From Hydrolagus colliei (Eukaryota), in NCBI GenBank assembly GCA_035084275.1, contig CM068751.1, positions 7,316,001-7,380,000 of the forward strand: a stretch of DNA of 64,000 nucleotides, written 5' to 3'. The notes below the pieces were generated by a model. That model was not told the origin of the DNA. It saw only the letters and a list, made by a program, of their open reading frames with translations, and searched no databases. Numbering within the stretch: the stretch's first letter is position 1; each line of letters starts with the position of its first letter. Shown here one piece after another: positions 13,652-27,872 of the stretch. Made by a program: the position numbers and the translations under genes.

Positions 13652-16600
13652 TGTTTGATACGTTTGTTTCTATTGGATTTACCCCCACACGATGAAATTC
13701 ATGGGGTAAAATCTGTGGTATTTCTAAATATGTTGATGAACACTACGAGAAATATCACCAGCATGATTCAATCCGAATCACATTGGAAGCTTCAGGACGG
13801 AGGCGATCTTGATCAGGTGGTTTTGATTCACATCCACTGTTGTAGAAACACATTGGGTTTAAGAACCATATTGCGGCATGACTCCACGCCTTCAGGAGAT
13901 GGTGGGGGGGGGGGTGTGGGGAAGGAAGAGGAAATGAGAGAGAAAAAATACTGGTGTCAGCTCAGTGGGATATCCATAAAGTGGAACCCTGTTACATTTG
14001 ACTCCAGGAAATATCCCCTGCCAGTAGTCAATCCATGGGGGAAACACAGGTGTGAGGAATTGTCAAGAGAGCAAAATCCACATGCCTGGTCTCCAGGGTT
14101 CTGCAAAGCACTGTATCACGACCAACATGAATATAATGAGTTAGCATTGCATGTAATGATTTAGCAATCGAGCAACTCTCTCCCATCAGGTCATTCTTTG
14201 TATTGTTAATGGTCCCTAAACACCTACTTCAATATCCAGTGTATGGCCTGGTGGATCATAAAATCCAGCCTTGTGCTTTTTGTTCATTACGAAACGTTTC
14301 AAACTGACAAAAATCATGTGAAATCGTTTTTAAAAAAATTATGTCTAGAAAACTTCGAAGGACCATTAAAATCACTTTGAATTGAGTTTTTTTTACACTG
14401 ATACATTCGTTGTGAGGATTAAACTTCAACTGGTTAAATTCATCTGAATTGCATTATCTGTATATATTTTAATTGTTGTCTCTTGTTGTTTCTTGCTGAA
14501 ATCCACCTCCCAAAACCCACCCCATTGCACAGACTGAGAAAGCACATGCAATGCATTTCGCAAGTGAGCTAGTTCTCAACAAAGTTGATTTTCCGCAAAA
14601 AATCCTGCTTTTTTTCCCCCAACATATTTAACCTTTTTTCTTCCTTTTTGTTTTGGCAGAAAACAAAATGACCCTGAAAATACCCTTTTTAAAAAAAAAA
14701 TTCTGATTGAACGCAGACACAAATGGTCCTCAAAAGCAAATGCTATCAATAAACGAGAGGATTGGACACAGCAGATGTATTGGAGTCAATCCAACCCACG
14801 CTACAACCCTGACCTCCATCTCTGAAGCCTGAGCTGCATTCAGATTCTGCAATCACAGGCAAGGGCACACTGTTCAACTGAATGAACACAGAGCTAATCA
14901 TTTTCTATCTGCTTTTTTTTATTTCTTAATTCATCATTTTATTACCATCTTCCCTGTCTACGTGTCGGTCTCTCTCCCTGACTCTGATTTCAAGGTCAAC
15001 AGAAAATAATTCAGATCACATCTCATGGCTTGTCAAAAGTCGTACTTGCTGTGATCAATAAGGTTACTTATCTTCCTTGCCTTTCTCTTTTATATAAAGG
15101 TTTATGAATTATGCCATAAAAAACAGTGAAGTGCCTATTAACTTACAGTATGGATTGTTTAATTACTCTTCATTATTTAATTTACTTAAATGATTAATGG
15201 ATTTCTTTATTCTTTCACCATCAATCTGTTTAAATATGTTCCACCTTTCTTCATCCGCATACAATATTGGACAATCTCTCAGAGAATATGGCTGCAGCCG
15301 GCTTAAAATGTGTAAAGTATTAGGCCATATTTGAACATCCATTGCTCAGAATAATGTGCTAACCGCTAACTCACAAAATAGATTCGCGAATTCTTCCAGG
15401 TACATATATGTTAACGACCCTCATCATGGCTAACCTCAAGCACTCAACAAAACCAAATGGACAATAGCCCCACCAAAGCATCACAAACTCAGGACTAGCT
15501 TCGAATCATAGCATTGACTGTGAGATCCAAGTTCTGAGTTTTGGATTTAACTCAGAACCTTTGGCTCAGTGGCAAGAATGCTGCCAACTAAACCTAGAAC
15601 ACCTAGGAATTCACACGCTAACCCGTAAAAGTAACAAAAGGAGACTGCCAGACTCACAATAAAACATGAATGGACTACTATTAAACATTTTAACTATACC
15701 AGGTCAAGTTATAGATGTACGTTATGTAATAATTAGAATACTGTGCGTGACATTTTTAAATGTGTTTAGTTTATCACGCACAATAGCTTGTGATGTTGTG
15801 TCTGATGAGTTACAAGGTCTCCTTTGTGAATGTAATAAGCATTAGCCATAAAACCTCATATAACATCCCTCATTTACTATTCAAAACTGAACAGTAAAAA
15901 TTAGCAAACTTTTTCCTCATAGGTTGCATTGTGCAATCATCTGTAATTTAGTGTGAAATCTTGACAATTAAAAACTTTCAGATTTACATTAGTACTGTAA
16001 TTATCCAGTAAACTTTTAAAGATTATTTTACAAATCTTTTAGCAAATGCTCTGAGTTATAAGGTTGTTTTTAGGACCAGAGGATTTTGTCTATGGCAAAG
16101 CTTGTGGAACCGACTTATAAACTCTGCTAAATTCACTGTGTTTGACTCAAGAGAAGATTCAAACCAGCTGTAATGTGAAGCGAATGTAAACAAATTGTAA
16201 GCCAGGTGCATTCAATGGCCTTTTAACGCAATTGAGCCACGAGTGTTACCTAGTTCTATTTACAAATTCAACACAACACATATAGTCAGCATCAGTTGTA
16301 CCGCTCATGATATTGTTGAAGATCTGCTTTCAATGATTTTTCATTAGAATTTTAAAGCAATTATTTTGTGATTATTACTTTAAAAACTAATTTTAACATT
16401 TTCAAAAACTTGCATTTGATAAATGTTTTACATTATTATTAATCGTAATATTAACAATAAATAACCATTCAGTTCTTGCCAGGTTTGTTACTTTGTAGCT
16501 GAGCGTTAATAGTTGTTGAGAATATTATAAGGCAATAAACTCCTGAACTGATGATGGAAGATAAGTTGTTGTAATGCATGGTGGAGTTTAGAATGCTGTG

Positions 16601-16729
16601 GGATTATTCATATTGTAATGAAAACAGCAGCATTGCCTTATGTCAGGATTGTTTAAAAAATAATTAATTAGAAAATATTTTTTCTTGCAAGTATTGGGGT
16701 TCTTTAGAATAAGATAGATTGAAAGTTGG

Positions 16730-17020
16730 GAGTTCAAACTTTACAGGAATATGTAGTCTGGGATGGAACTGCAGTGAATACAATTTATGACAGTGCCACA
16801 TATTGAACTGCGTTTCCCTCCGTCTGAATGTTAAAGATACATAATACTATTCAAAAAGCTGACTGAGTTTTCCATGTTCTGGCCAACAATCCTCCAGATT
16901 AACTGGTCATCCACCCCATGGCTCTCTGTGAGGTCTTGTTAATGCAATTGGCTGCTGCGTTCGCATCCAAACTCAGTCAGCAATTACCTGTGAAACACTT
17001 TGCGATGTTTCAAAATGCTG
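16730..17020 (+). mobile_element. Older Deu-SINE
   Basis: tgttaaagatacataatactattcaaa..gttctggccaacaatcctcc..caattggctgctgcgtt..gtgaaacactttg. Confidence 0.68.
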
Positions 17021-20000
17021 AGATTGTTTTTTTTTCTTTCTGTGTCTTTTTGCCCAAAGCTACATTTGTCAGACTGTACCTCTCGTCTCCAAGTCTGGAT
17101 AATAATTTTCTCAGGTTGTGAGCCTTATTATTCTCCAGAAATAGCTCAGTGTTGATGTGCATTCACGTGATGCAAATGGGAAATTGCAACTCGAGAATGG
17201 GAATGGGGTCGTGCTGTGGCATTTTTTATATTGTAACTGGATAATCAACAGCCTGGGGTACAGTCCCTGATTTATATGTATCTATCAGCAAATATCCTTC
17301 AATCATGTGACCACATCCTCATGCTGTGGATCATGTAACAGAATTACACATAAAACATAATTCTTGGCAAATCATTGGAACACTGCCTCACTCACAAGCA
17401 TGATCATTTTCTGGAGGATCAGTGTTTAGTTCAGCGGTGGGATTTGTTTTATTTAGTAAGGCTTCCGCCCTCCTTTTTGGTGGTCTCCATGTGCCACCCA
17501 ATATCCTTAGGGTGGCAGATAATGTGTTCCTGAACCACAACTGCTAGCAATGTGTGTTCCTCTCTTGCACTCTTCCCTCAAACATAGGACCTGACTCTTT
17601 GATCAGATAGGAACCTTACTTTGGCCCGGAATATACAGTCACCACACTTATATCCCGTGAAGCACTTTGTGTAAAGTGCTCAGGGAAGGATTATTATCAT
17701 GATCGTTGTACAGTTCTTCACTCTCAGTTACTTTAGTGTATGCAGAGGTGTTAAAACTCTTGAAAGCCTTTGGAACCAAGTAATAGAGATTCTGTTTCTG
17801 CCTCATTAATTATTTTCCTACCATTTTGCAAGGAGTGGCAAAAAATCCTTGGCTTCTCATATTTTAAGGTTTCATATTTTAAGGTCTCACCCCCAAGTTC
17901 AGTTTTGACCCCTATCATATATGCAAGTGAAACCGGTGGGTAATCTCACAGGGGAAAAGTATGTCATCAGCGGGGCAAGTTCCATTTCCTGTATTTCATA
18001 GCTTGATGATCTGTCGGGTCCTTTTGTGCTGCAGACCCATTTATCTGTGCGGCAGAGAGCAATAAAAGTAACAAATTGCCGAGGAACGAAGAAAGGCAGG
18101 ATAATCATTGGGTTGAAATAATTGTTTATTTTACTGACTTCCAGCAGTTCTGGCTTCATTTGTTACAGCCAGTACCTTAAGCCTATTCCAAATTAAATTT
18201 CAAGTCCATGTCCAGTATAACTTGATCACTTTATTCTTGAGCAGACAGGTTTATTAAACACTACAATGAATTTAAACATGTAATTACCAGCCTGAAGCTC
18301 ATCAAATTTTACTTGTGTAAATTGGATGGAAGAACGCGAAGAGATACAACATCATCTGGTAACTGTCTGCCCGTACCCACCAAAATTCTATAAATTCATG
18401 GTTGTATTATTCTAATGTATAAAATCTATAAATGCTGTTGAATTAGATTGTAAGCATCAAGATCTCATTAGGGGTAAAGACACTGCCTTATGTAACATCA
18501 AGTCAAACAGATAATGAGCTCCATTATAACCTGACTATTCAATAAACAAACCACTTATATTTTTTTAAAAAAAGGAAAATTATACACTAAATGCTATTTT
18601 CAGTTTTACACTCATGGTGCACCTCAAAAGTTACTGGTTGAGTTTCTAATCCATTGTACATTAACTATCCTTGGATGGAGCATCGGTTTGAGTGCCACAA
18701 TTCACAGCAGCAACACTGGTGTAGAGAAGGGAATAAAACAGTGCTAGGCCATTGATTTTCTCCATTCAGAGAGCTTTTTTGGTAAGTGAATATTGGGTGA
18801 GACCAGGACAGGGATTATGTTCTGTTTGGTATCCTCTTTGGTTGAGCATCCTGTTAAAGCTCAGTGTCTGGTTTCTTACATGAAGCATAGGCAACTGGGG
18901 GCAACGTCAAAACTACTGATTGGGGCGTTTGGGGAAAAATAGGCCGAAAAACATTAGTGACTGCCGAAGTGAAGAATAGGAAATAAAATAGAGGAAACAG
19001 AATTACTGAGGGCTCAAATTGCAAATAAGATTTTATCATGAATGAAAGTGACAAACTATCTTCACAAGTGATTGAAATGCAACTTACAGAATTTAACATT
19101 ACAATAATAATACTAATCCTTGTATTTGATATAGCACCTTATCAAGTCTTTTAAGGAAACAATTTGAGTAACTGGACAGTAAAATCATGTCTGCATTTAT
19201 AAATGAAGAAAATATTGACATTGTGGAACTATTTTAATCTAAAACTTGTTATGGCTAACAATGTAGAGAAGTGGGTCATTGCTGTTCAGCCACAAATATA
19301 GTCACTACATTTCACTGTAAAAATCCGTGAAGCACTTTGATGCATCTCAGTGAGGTGCCATAAGAAATACAGTTATTCTCATGATTATTATGTCACTGTT
19401 TTCTAAACCTATAAAAAGAAAACAAAATGCATTCAGCTATGAAACAACTGACAAAACACCAAATCTGAATTGACAGCATTTTGGAATCAATTGGAATCAA
19501 GGTCTTCGAATAAATTCAGTCGAAAGGTGCAATCCTAATTCTAAACCTGATACCCCTCTGCTGTGTCAGGTAGCTGTTTAACGAGTATCTATATGTGGCA
19601 CACGTAGATGAAATTTCAAGTCTAATTCTGCCAAGAGGGCCACAAATTTTCTTTGATATACTCCTCGGGACAATAAAAGACTTCCTGTCACAGCGTGCAG
19701 GGAAGCAATGAGAGGATTCTACAGCCTGACCTCAATTGATGTAAAATTGGTTCCTGGGACTGAAGGCCAGAGAAAGTATCACTTCCCTCCATATCTACAG
19801 GATGTTGTAAAATGTTGTAATTATCCTGTTATTAAAATTGACACCTCAGCGTTACATGAAAGAGCTTTCATGAATGTGCAAGATTGAGCTGCAATAACCT
19901 TGCTATTTTGTCTTCAATTGCGCTCTCAAGGGCAACTTTCTTGTTTAATGAAACCATTTATTTTATAATCACTGGTGGAAAAGGGTGTGGGAATTACAAT

Positions 20001-20319
20001 TATTTAATATATGCAAATGACTGGTCAGTAGGTATGATTACAAATATTGGCGGAAATGCGTTACATTGTTTTGACAAGAAAGCAAATTGTCTCGTAAATC
20101 TCAGTCCTTTTTTTCTCCCCCTCTGGGTATTTGGATTATTTATTCAAACTGTGCATGGATTTAAAAAAAAATCTCAGCTAGCTAATACTTATAGCCATTT
20201 TTATCTTGTTTTGTGATGTATGACACGAATCTTGCCATGTAGCTTTCTGTTAAAAACCGTTGCCAATTTTCAAGGCAGTGTCTTAGTCTACAGGATAAAT
20301 TTATTTATCCATAATTATC

Positions 20320-20431
20320 CCACTGCCCAAATTATAAAGGATTTTGATAGGATAAATGAGGAGGAACTATTAGCATTAGTAAGGAAATTAATGACCAGGG
20401 GCTATAGTCCCTTGTCCGAATCCCTAGATAA
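20320..20431 (+). mobile_element. Old degenerate CR1 fragment, left part, interrupted by the young CR1
   Basis: Translates IIKDFDRINEEELLALVRKLMTRGY, which aligns with IMRGFDRANREKLFPLVGESVTRGH of the young CR1. Confidence 0.75.
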
Positions 20432-21237
20432 GATTCATAGATTCATAGATTCATAGAATTTTACGGCACAAAAGGAGGCCATTCGGCCCATCTAGTCTGT
20501 GCCGGCTCTTTGAAAAGAGCGATTCAATCCCACTGCCCTGCCCGCTCCCCATAGCCTAATAGACCTGTTCTCCCTAAATAAAGATCTAATTCCCTTTTAA
20601 AAGTTGTTATCGAATCAGCCTCCACCACCTTTTCAGGCAATGCATTCCAGATTCGAACAACTCGCTGAGTGAAAAAAGTTCTCCTCAGCTCCCCTCTACT
20701 TCGCCTTGAAACTATTTTAAATCTGTGACCACGAGTCACAGATTCACCCACGAGTGGAAATAGTTTTTCTCTATTTGCCCTGTCGAAACCCCTCATGATC
20801 TTATAAACCTCTATTAGGTCTCCCCTCAATCTTCTCTGCTCCAGAGAGAATAACCCTAGCCTATCTAGCCTCTCCTCATAGCTGAAGTCCCTCAATCCTG
20901 GCACCATCCTAGTAAATCTTCTTTGTACCCTTTCCAATGTCTTCACATCCTTTCTGTAGTGTGGTGACCAGAATTGAACACAGTATTCCAGCTGAGGCCT
21001 CACCAAAGTTGTATAGAGGTTAGTCAGCACTTCCTGACTTTTGTACTCTATACCCCTATTTATAAAGCCTAGTATCCCATACGCCTTCTTAACAGCCTTG
21101 TCTACCTGTCCTGCCACCTTCAACGAGTCACTAACACAAATCCCCAGGTCTCTCTGTTCCTTCACACCATTTATAATTGTACTATCTAGCCTATATTGCC
21201 TCCCTTCATTTCTTCTCCCAAAATGCATCACCTCACA
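20432..21237 (-). mobile_element. Young 5'-truncated CR1-clade LINE (ORF2 C-terminus, 3'UTR and microsatellite tail)
   Basis: Uninterrupted 235-aa ORF with typical CR1 motifs (VMHFGR, DLG, RPQLEYCVQFWSP, LERVQRRFTRM, LFSLEQRRLRGDLIEVYKI, TRGH, FFTQRVVRIWNALP). The 3'UTR has the GGCCGAATGGCC stem-loop and an (ATCTATGA)n-type tail. AGATAA is repeated at 20426-20431 and 21238-21243. Confidence 0.95.
20524..21231 (-). CDS. CR1 ORF2 C-terminal fragment (end of reverse transcriptase plus C-terminal domain); 5'-truncated and not a host gene
   Basis: ORF track 20524..21231, with no internal stops and CR1 ORF2 motifs. Confidence 0.85.
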   Translation of the reverse strand: MMHFGRRNEGRQYRLDSTIINGVKEQRDLGICVSDSLKVAGQVDKAVKKAYGILGFINRGIEYKSQEVLTNLYTTLVRPQLEYCVQFWSPHYRKDVKTLERVQRRFTRMVPGLRDFSYEERLDRLGLFSLEQRRLRGDLIEVYKIMRGFDRANREKLFPLVGESVTRGHRFKIVSRRSRGELRRTFFTQRVVRIWNALPEKVVEADSITTFKRELDLYLGRTGLLGYGERAGQWD

Positions 21238-21480
21238 AGATAATCACAAGACATTCAAGATGGTAGAATGTGGGGTGCCTTGTCAAGTAAGGTGATAGAT
21301 GCAGAGTCTGTTTCAATAGGGAGGTAGATGCATGTATGAAACATGAGGAGATAAGGTAGGGCAGTGGAATTGAAGAAAACACCTTGCTCTGAGAGCCAGC
21401 GTAGAATCGATTGACTAAATGGCTTTCTTTTGTAAATTGCTGTAAATGGAATTTTTGCAAATGTAAATTTCTATGATTCT
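21238..21480 (+). mobile_element. Old degenerate CR1 fragment, right part, with 3'UTR and tail
   Basis: Reads RMWGALSSKVIDAES (compare RIWNALPEKVVEADS). This is followed by gggcagtggaattga and gagccagcgtagaatcgattgactaaatggc (3'UTR-like), ending in tttctatgattct. Confidence 0.75.
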
Positions 21481-21597
21481 TCTATTCTGCCAATACAAAG
21501 GTTTTAATTGGATCTGTTTGCAGTTTGAAATTACAAAAAACATTCAACCCTTTCATATACAGTACATACTAATAATCCCTGCATTTGGGATTAAAAA

Positions 21598-21850
21598 TGT
21601 AATAATAATCCTTGTAGAATATTTGATATAGCACCTTATCATGTCGTTGAGATGTCTCAAAAGTCTCACAGGATATTCTGTCAAGTGGATTGACTGCGTA
21701 TTTTGTGGGCGAACATGGCAGTCAGTTTGCACTCAGCAACATCCCACAAATAGCCATGGAGTGCGTGACCAATTTTATTTGGGGGATTGTTGGTTAGGAC
21801 ACCAGGAGAAATTCCCTTCTCTTTTTTAATTATACCATGGGATATTGGAA
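21598..21850 (-). mobile_element. Deu-SINE 3' half
   Basis: Tail plus ggttaggacaccaggagaaattcccttctc..taccatgggat. Confidence 0.78.
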
Positions 21851-24800
21851 GTCTTAGTATAACTATTTGAATCATTATTGGATTATTCAATTTACACTGT
21901 GTATCACAAAATGTACTGGAATTGATCTATGGCACAAATTGTAGTGTTCCATGGGCTCATGGTTTAATGTTAATACCGTGCTTCCTGAGTACAATAGGAA
22001 CTTAATGCATGACTTGAGAATGCGAAAGCTCAGCCAAAAATCTAGTGAAGAAATCTGCAGGCTTTCTTTTGATTTGTGCTGCAAATTCACAATCCTTTTG
22101 GCAAATTTGCTGCATTATTGACAAATATAAGTGGTGAAAAGTTAACTTACTGGGATTGGATTTCAGGGTAAAATAAATATACTCTCTTGTATTTTTCTCA
22201 AGCTACAAAGAGAAAGAGATTTGCCTCAAGTTAGTGTAGACTTAAAGGTCTAACTGGTGGAGGAACCTAAATGTTGATGTCTTCCAGCTTTCACTGTACA
22301 GTATATACAAATATCTTATTTTTCTGTGGTTTTCCTCTGGTTTTATTACTGATCTCTTGCTGCAGGTTAGAGGTTCAACAACTTGCTTAGCCCAGATATT
22401 GAAGGTGAAATGTTTGCACCAGTAATGCTAAAAACCACCATAAAATTCGGATATGTATTTCTGCACTGTCCAATATGTGTCTGAGAAAAAGAGAGATAAA
22501 TTGAAGGAGTGGGAAAATGATTGCAGATAGTACACGGTTTGTGAAAGTTAAATTGGAAATCACTTTTACAAAATTTAAAGAGAGTTTTTATGTTACCTTA
22601 ATATCATGTCGGCAGTATGGTTCTGTTGCTTATCTCCTTTCTATATTATTGGAATCTGCCCTGATTGCAGCTTTAAAGATTTAGGATATGTAAAAAGCAC
22701 AAATAAGTATATGTTGGCAACCCCAAATTCTTCTACTGCAAAGATGAGGATTGGCATCAGGATGGGGGAGGGGGGGGGCAATGGGCGATAAGGAAAATAC
22801 ATCGGATAAATTGAGCCAGGATGGAGGGTTTGAGCAGGAACTATTTTAAAGAGGATAATGTACTTTAAGAGCCCGGTGTCAACACATCTGAACAGTTTAA
22901 ACAGGAAGGGTGTTCTGTTGAAACATCTCGGCTGCCAGTTAGATCCTTGTTGTGCACCTCTCAGGTTACTGGGACTCAGACTTTGGGACTTACTGTTGAC
23001 CAAAAGATGGATTGCAAGACAGGAAAGTAATTAAACAAGTTTGTGTTAAGCTCTCACAGAGAGGAGGATCAGGAACATGGAACTGAGGGAGCAGAAAAAA
23101 GGGCAAGGTTCAAACTCAGGTGATAACCAAATAATGTGGGCATACCAGGATTTTGTTTTAGAGAGGGAGGAGGTGGGGTGGAGTTTCGATCAGTCATGAT
23201 AATAACTCCTGTAGAAGTACCATCACTCACCTAAGGAACTCTAACTCTAGTCGAAGGAATAAGGAGTCAAATGCCTGCAGTAGAGAAGAAAAATAAATAA
23301 GTAATACTAATTGTATGAGAATGTCTAGGCAGCATAAATCAACAACAACAAAATTACATTTATAGATCAGCATATTTGTGGAGAAATGCACATTTTGATT
23401 ATTCTTTTAAAGCCAGTGTTTTAACAACAACAACAACAAAATTACATTTATAGAGCGCCTTTCATGTCGGGTCATTTCTTCTAGTTTTTTTTTGAGAATT
23501 GAAACCATGCAAACCATCCTATAAATGTTTTCTTTAATCATTGTTAATGTTCCTGCCAGTCTCTGGAGTCAATGCTTTTGCTTTGAAAGTTCCTGGAGCT
23601 TTGGAGCAAGAAGAAACCTTGAGGCAATCTTGACAGTGATTTATACAATCCTCTCCCTGGGTTGTGGAGAAATAGGATGTTTCTAACAGTTGTAAATTAA
23701 TAAGGAGACTGTCATAATATCTGAAATATGGATCAAGGGTTGAGATTCATGTCAACTGTTGTAATTAGTTTTGCTTTCCCTTTTAATAAAAGTGGAATGT
23801 TTCACGAACAGATATAAAGCAAGCTGACACTGTGTTAGCTGCTGTAAAAACATTAAAAAGGAATAGTCTGCTACAGAATGCTGCCTGTTCAAGAGATTGA
23901 TCAAACATTTATGATAGCTTGGAAGATTTAGAGAGGCACATATATATTTAACCATCCATCACCATATTGCAAAGCTGAGCCAAATACAATTGAATCTTAA
24001 TATGTGCATAACTAATTTGCCAATAAATGTTGCACTTTAATTAAGCCTGTGGTTCCTGGATTTCATTGACGTACACCAGGAATTAAATGGAGTGGAACAT
24101 GGGAATTCTATGCTTGAATCGGGATTATATTTGGATCAAGTATACATTTGGTCCACACTCGACAGCAGAATAGCTTTCTGCACACACCAATGGTGCTTTT
24201 CTACTGAAAATAATGGGATTTAAAACCGAGCAGTAAATCTATAGATTTCTCATTTCATGCTGACCTGGTTCTTGTGCCCGCTAATACTTTGATGTGGTTG
24301 CTTCAGAAATGCTTTCATGACCTTTCACACAGTTAAATCAATCTTAAAACTAAAATTTGCAAGTGAAATGAAGCTAAAATTTAACGATTTAAGGGCCTTC
24401 AGCAACACAGTCTTTGCAAATCTATACATTAGAAGGTAACAATGAAATCTTGTTCTACAGTTGGATACATTAGTCATTTTGGCATCAAGGAGTTTTTCAT
24501 ATACAGTACTTTCAAGGTTTCTTATCTTCAGCCCAGTTGAAGTCCTATTACTTCAGAGCATTTAAGTGCACTATCGTGGCCATTTATCAGCCGGAGAAGA
24601 AGTAACATTATGACCATATCTCATGCAAACACAATAACCAACATGTTGTGATTTCTTTACTGCTATCTCTCCCTGCTGTTATCCAGTCGTTGTGGCCTAT
24701 CGTATGTGGCAGCAACATTGGGAATTACAGTACTTCATTATTATCAATCGAGCCACACACACAATGAGATCATTTCTGTCAAACTGTGGCTTATCACTTC

Positions 24801-26229
24801 TACCCTTTTTATTAAGCTTTGGGAGCTTTGGAGCAAAGTGATCACACGGTTCAATTTCCTGACACAGAAGTCTATTGTAGACTTGAGTGATGGCCGAAAT
24901 ATGAAGGATACCAAAGTAAAAGCCAGTTTATGGTGTAGACTTATGATATAGACAACAATTGTTCCCTGTTATCAATGGATGCCATTGAGCCTGGTCTTCT
25001 TTAAGATAGAATATTGAAAGTGTTGGTTCTCAGGAATGCCTACGAATAGAGATGAAAGTTAGCGATCATTCCTGACTGGACATTCCACCATACTTTACTG
25101 GGCTCCTGCTTAAAATGTGAGGAAGGAGATATTTTGTTTGATCTAAAAAATCATGCACCACTTTTTTTTCAGACTTTGTCTGCTGTCTGCGGGGTGGTGT
25201 GTGGTGTAGGTGGAGGAAGGGTGAAGAGTGTAATTTGTGTCAGTCATTCTATGTCAAGATAAAACACTTTCCTATTTAATTACTGTTTATCAGGTGATTA
25301 AATTTTAATTTCTAGCACAAAACAATACTAAACATGATGGAGTGAGCACTGGTTTTATTTTCCACGGTATCCCTGTGTGATTTTTTTTCATATTGCACTC
25401 ATAACACAGCCAGCCAGCTTTGCACATAAAAAATAACCCCCAAATTAACAGCTGCTTTTGGAATAAAGGCAGCACAACACTTTTGGCCTTAATTCCATCG
25501 TCACTAATGCCCATTAAAGTTGTGGTCTTCCAGGAATGCCACTTTCAACCTCAACCAGGGAGATAAGGGGAGCATACCCTCTTAATTGGACACCACCATT
25601 GTAACAACAACAAAATAAATTTACATTTATTGAGCGCCTTTCACATCAGTAGAATGTCCCTTCTTTGTAAGGTGCTAAGATGGAGACAATCAATACGGCA
25701 GCAGAGTTATCCAAAGTTTATTAAATAATACAGGCAGCCAGACAAGCTAGCCTAACTTATCCTTCTCACTGAGACCATAGATACAGTGAAATCCATATTA
25801 CCCGATTCTACTGAGAAGAATTGTTCACTCTCTATGACAACTCAACTGTTCCATAGCCACATCTTTCTTTTATGTGTTTCTAACTCCGCCTCCCCATGTC
25901 CCAGACATAGTCCCTTTGCAAGCCAATAGTGACCTTGAACAGACTGCTTTGCAGAGAGATGTGGACATCTTCTGGGCAGTCTCCCACAGTCTGCTGTTTT
26001 TTCAGCCTTGAGATAGGCAGGTATCCGAGGCTATAGCCTTTCCTTTCTGAGGTCCATTGTTCCTACATCTGTGCTCAAGGACTTGATTTGCTTATTATCT
26101 CAGAGGAGTGAACCATCTTTCCAGGAAAATATGCAATGTAATGAGAAGCAGACGTCAACCAGCAAAGCTGCTTTTTATCCCAGTCAAGTTAGTCATGAAA
26201 TCAAACATTAAAAGGATTATGGGTACATC

Positions 26230-26289
26230 AGGCGCTCTGAGATACCGTCCGGCGTGGAGGGCGCTATATAAATCAAAGTTGTTGTTGTT
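26230..26289 (+). mobile_element. L2-type 3' tail fragment
   Basis: ggcgctctgagataccgtccggcgtggagggcgctatataaatcaaag followed by (TTG)n. Similar short tails occur near 2340, 12825, 23424, 25603, 46600, 51405, 52288 and 54240. Confidence 0.8.
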
Positions 26290-27263
26290 ACATTTGAACA
26301 GAATATGAAGATAAATTAAAAGCCATAAAAACACAAGAAGCATCACAAGTATAACCATATACCATAGCAAATGTCCAAGAGCAATATTTCAAAACCCTGA
26401 AGATCCATGGTTCCACTGTTGTTAGTGTCCCACATTCTCAGCTCCTTCAAAGTAAACAAATTCTAAAACTCTAATTGTATAGTAATTATATCACGTATTC
26501 TGACGTCTGCAGGTGTTTCAGTCTGACGGACAGGCACATTCATACATTATTCAAATAGTAGTAAATATTATTCAACTTCTTTGAAATTGTAATGACTGCC
26601 CATCATGCACACGCATTACATAAATAGAATATTGCATGGGTCACAGTGAGCAGTATTATTTTGTTAACTCATGGACTAAACTCTGACCCATTGTGGTTTG
26701 TTGTATTGAACTGGGACTTGTGTGACAACTATTTAACTTGTAAAACTATTAAGAACCTGTTTGATACCTTAAGAATCTAGGTGTAAGCCGAGCTGAATGT
26801 CCACACCCCCCCCAAATTACCGTTCTGCATAACTCTTTCCTTTGTAATCAAAGCTGGTGTAGAAAAGTGTTACTTTTATTCAAACATTTTCCCATAACTA
26901 TCAAATTAAATTAAAAGGGAAAAAAGGAGGTCACATATCTCCTTGACCAGGCGCACATTTCAGTACCAGGTCATTTAACCTTTAACAATGAAAGCTTTCT
27001 AAGTGTTCCCTTTTCTTGCCATATTATACGAGACATGTAATGTAAAACAATGGCGGCAGTCTCCACCTTCGGGCTCCACTCCAGCCTATATCCTGCTTAC
27101 TTGGAATGACAGCCCAAAAAAAACCTGGCTGCACTTCAGCTAACTTTTGAATCTGGACAAAGAAGCTATCAAGCTATTCAGAATACCACTGCAGATGGTA
27201 GCTCTCACGTATTTAAGCATGAAAATGTAATTCATGCAGATTTGACCAGATATGGGCTGTTAT

Positions 27264-27586
27264 ATAATAATATAATAATAATCCTTGCATTTTATATTGC
27301 GCTTTTCACATCTTATTGATGTCTCAAAACGCTTCACAGACTGTAAAGTGAATTGAGTGTATATTTGTGGGCGAAATGCAGCAGCCATTTGTGTACAGAA
27401 GTGTCCCACAAACAGTTGTGGATTGAAATGACCAATTTTTATTATTGTAGGGGTTTTTGAGGACAGATTATTATTAGGCTTGTGGAGTAAGAAAACTTGC
27501 CCAAAGTTTCACCCTGATCTGCCTGGATTCGAACACAGGTCTCATACTTGTAAGGTGAGTGCTCTAACCTCTGAGCTACAGAAGCT
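27264..27586 (-). mobile_element. Full-length tRNA-derived SINE with L2-type tail (young family)
   Basis: The minus strand has an A-box-like TAGCTCAGAGG and a B box GTTCGAATCC. The body is shared with other copies and the tail is aatgcaaggatta(tta)n. Confidence 0.9.
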
Positions 27587-27872
27587 GTTATTCACAATCG
27601 AAATGATTCACACAAAGCAGAAAAACTGATGCAGAAACGCCTGCATTCTTTCCTGAACTTGTAAGTTGGGTTTCATTCTTTTGCAAGTTATTACTTTATG
27701 TTGGGAACTTTGCCTCGGTTATTGAAGTTTTAGAATGCCAGTCCATGTGACTTTGGAAAAAGGGAGAGGGAATCACGACTGGAATCATTCTCGTATGAAT
27801 GGCAGGTATAGGCAGGAATGAGCTTGCCTCTGATGACTATCTCTTTTCACACAGATGTCAAAGCTCATTGAC

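Noticed and set aside
13628-14164. 178-aa ORF
   Set aside because: It starts in a SINE tail, crosses a G-run and has no recognisable domain, so it is likely a chance ORF.
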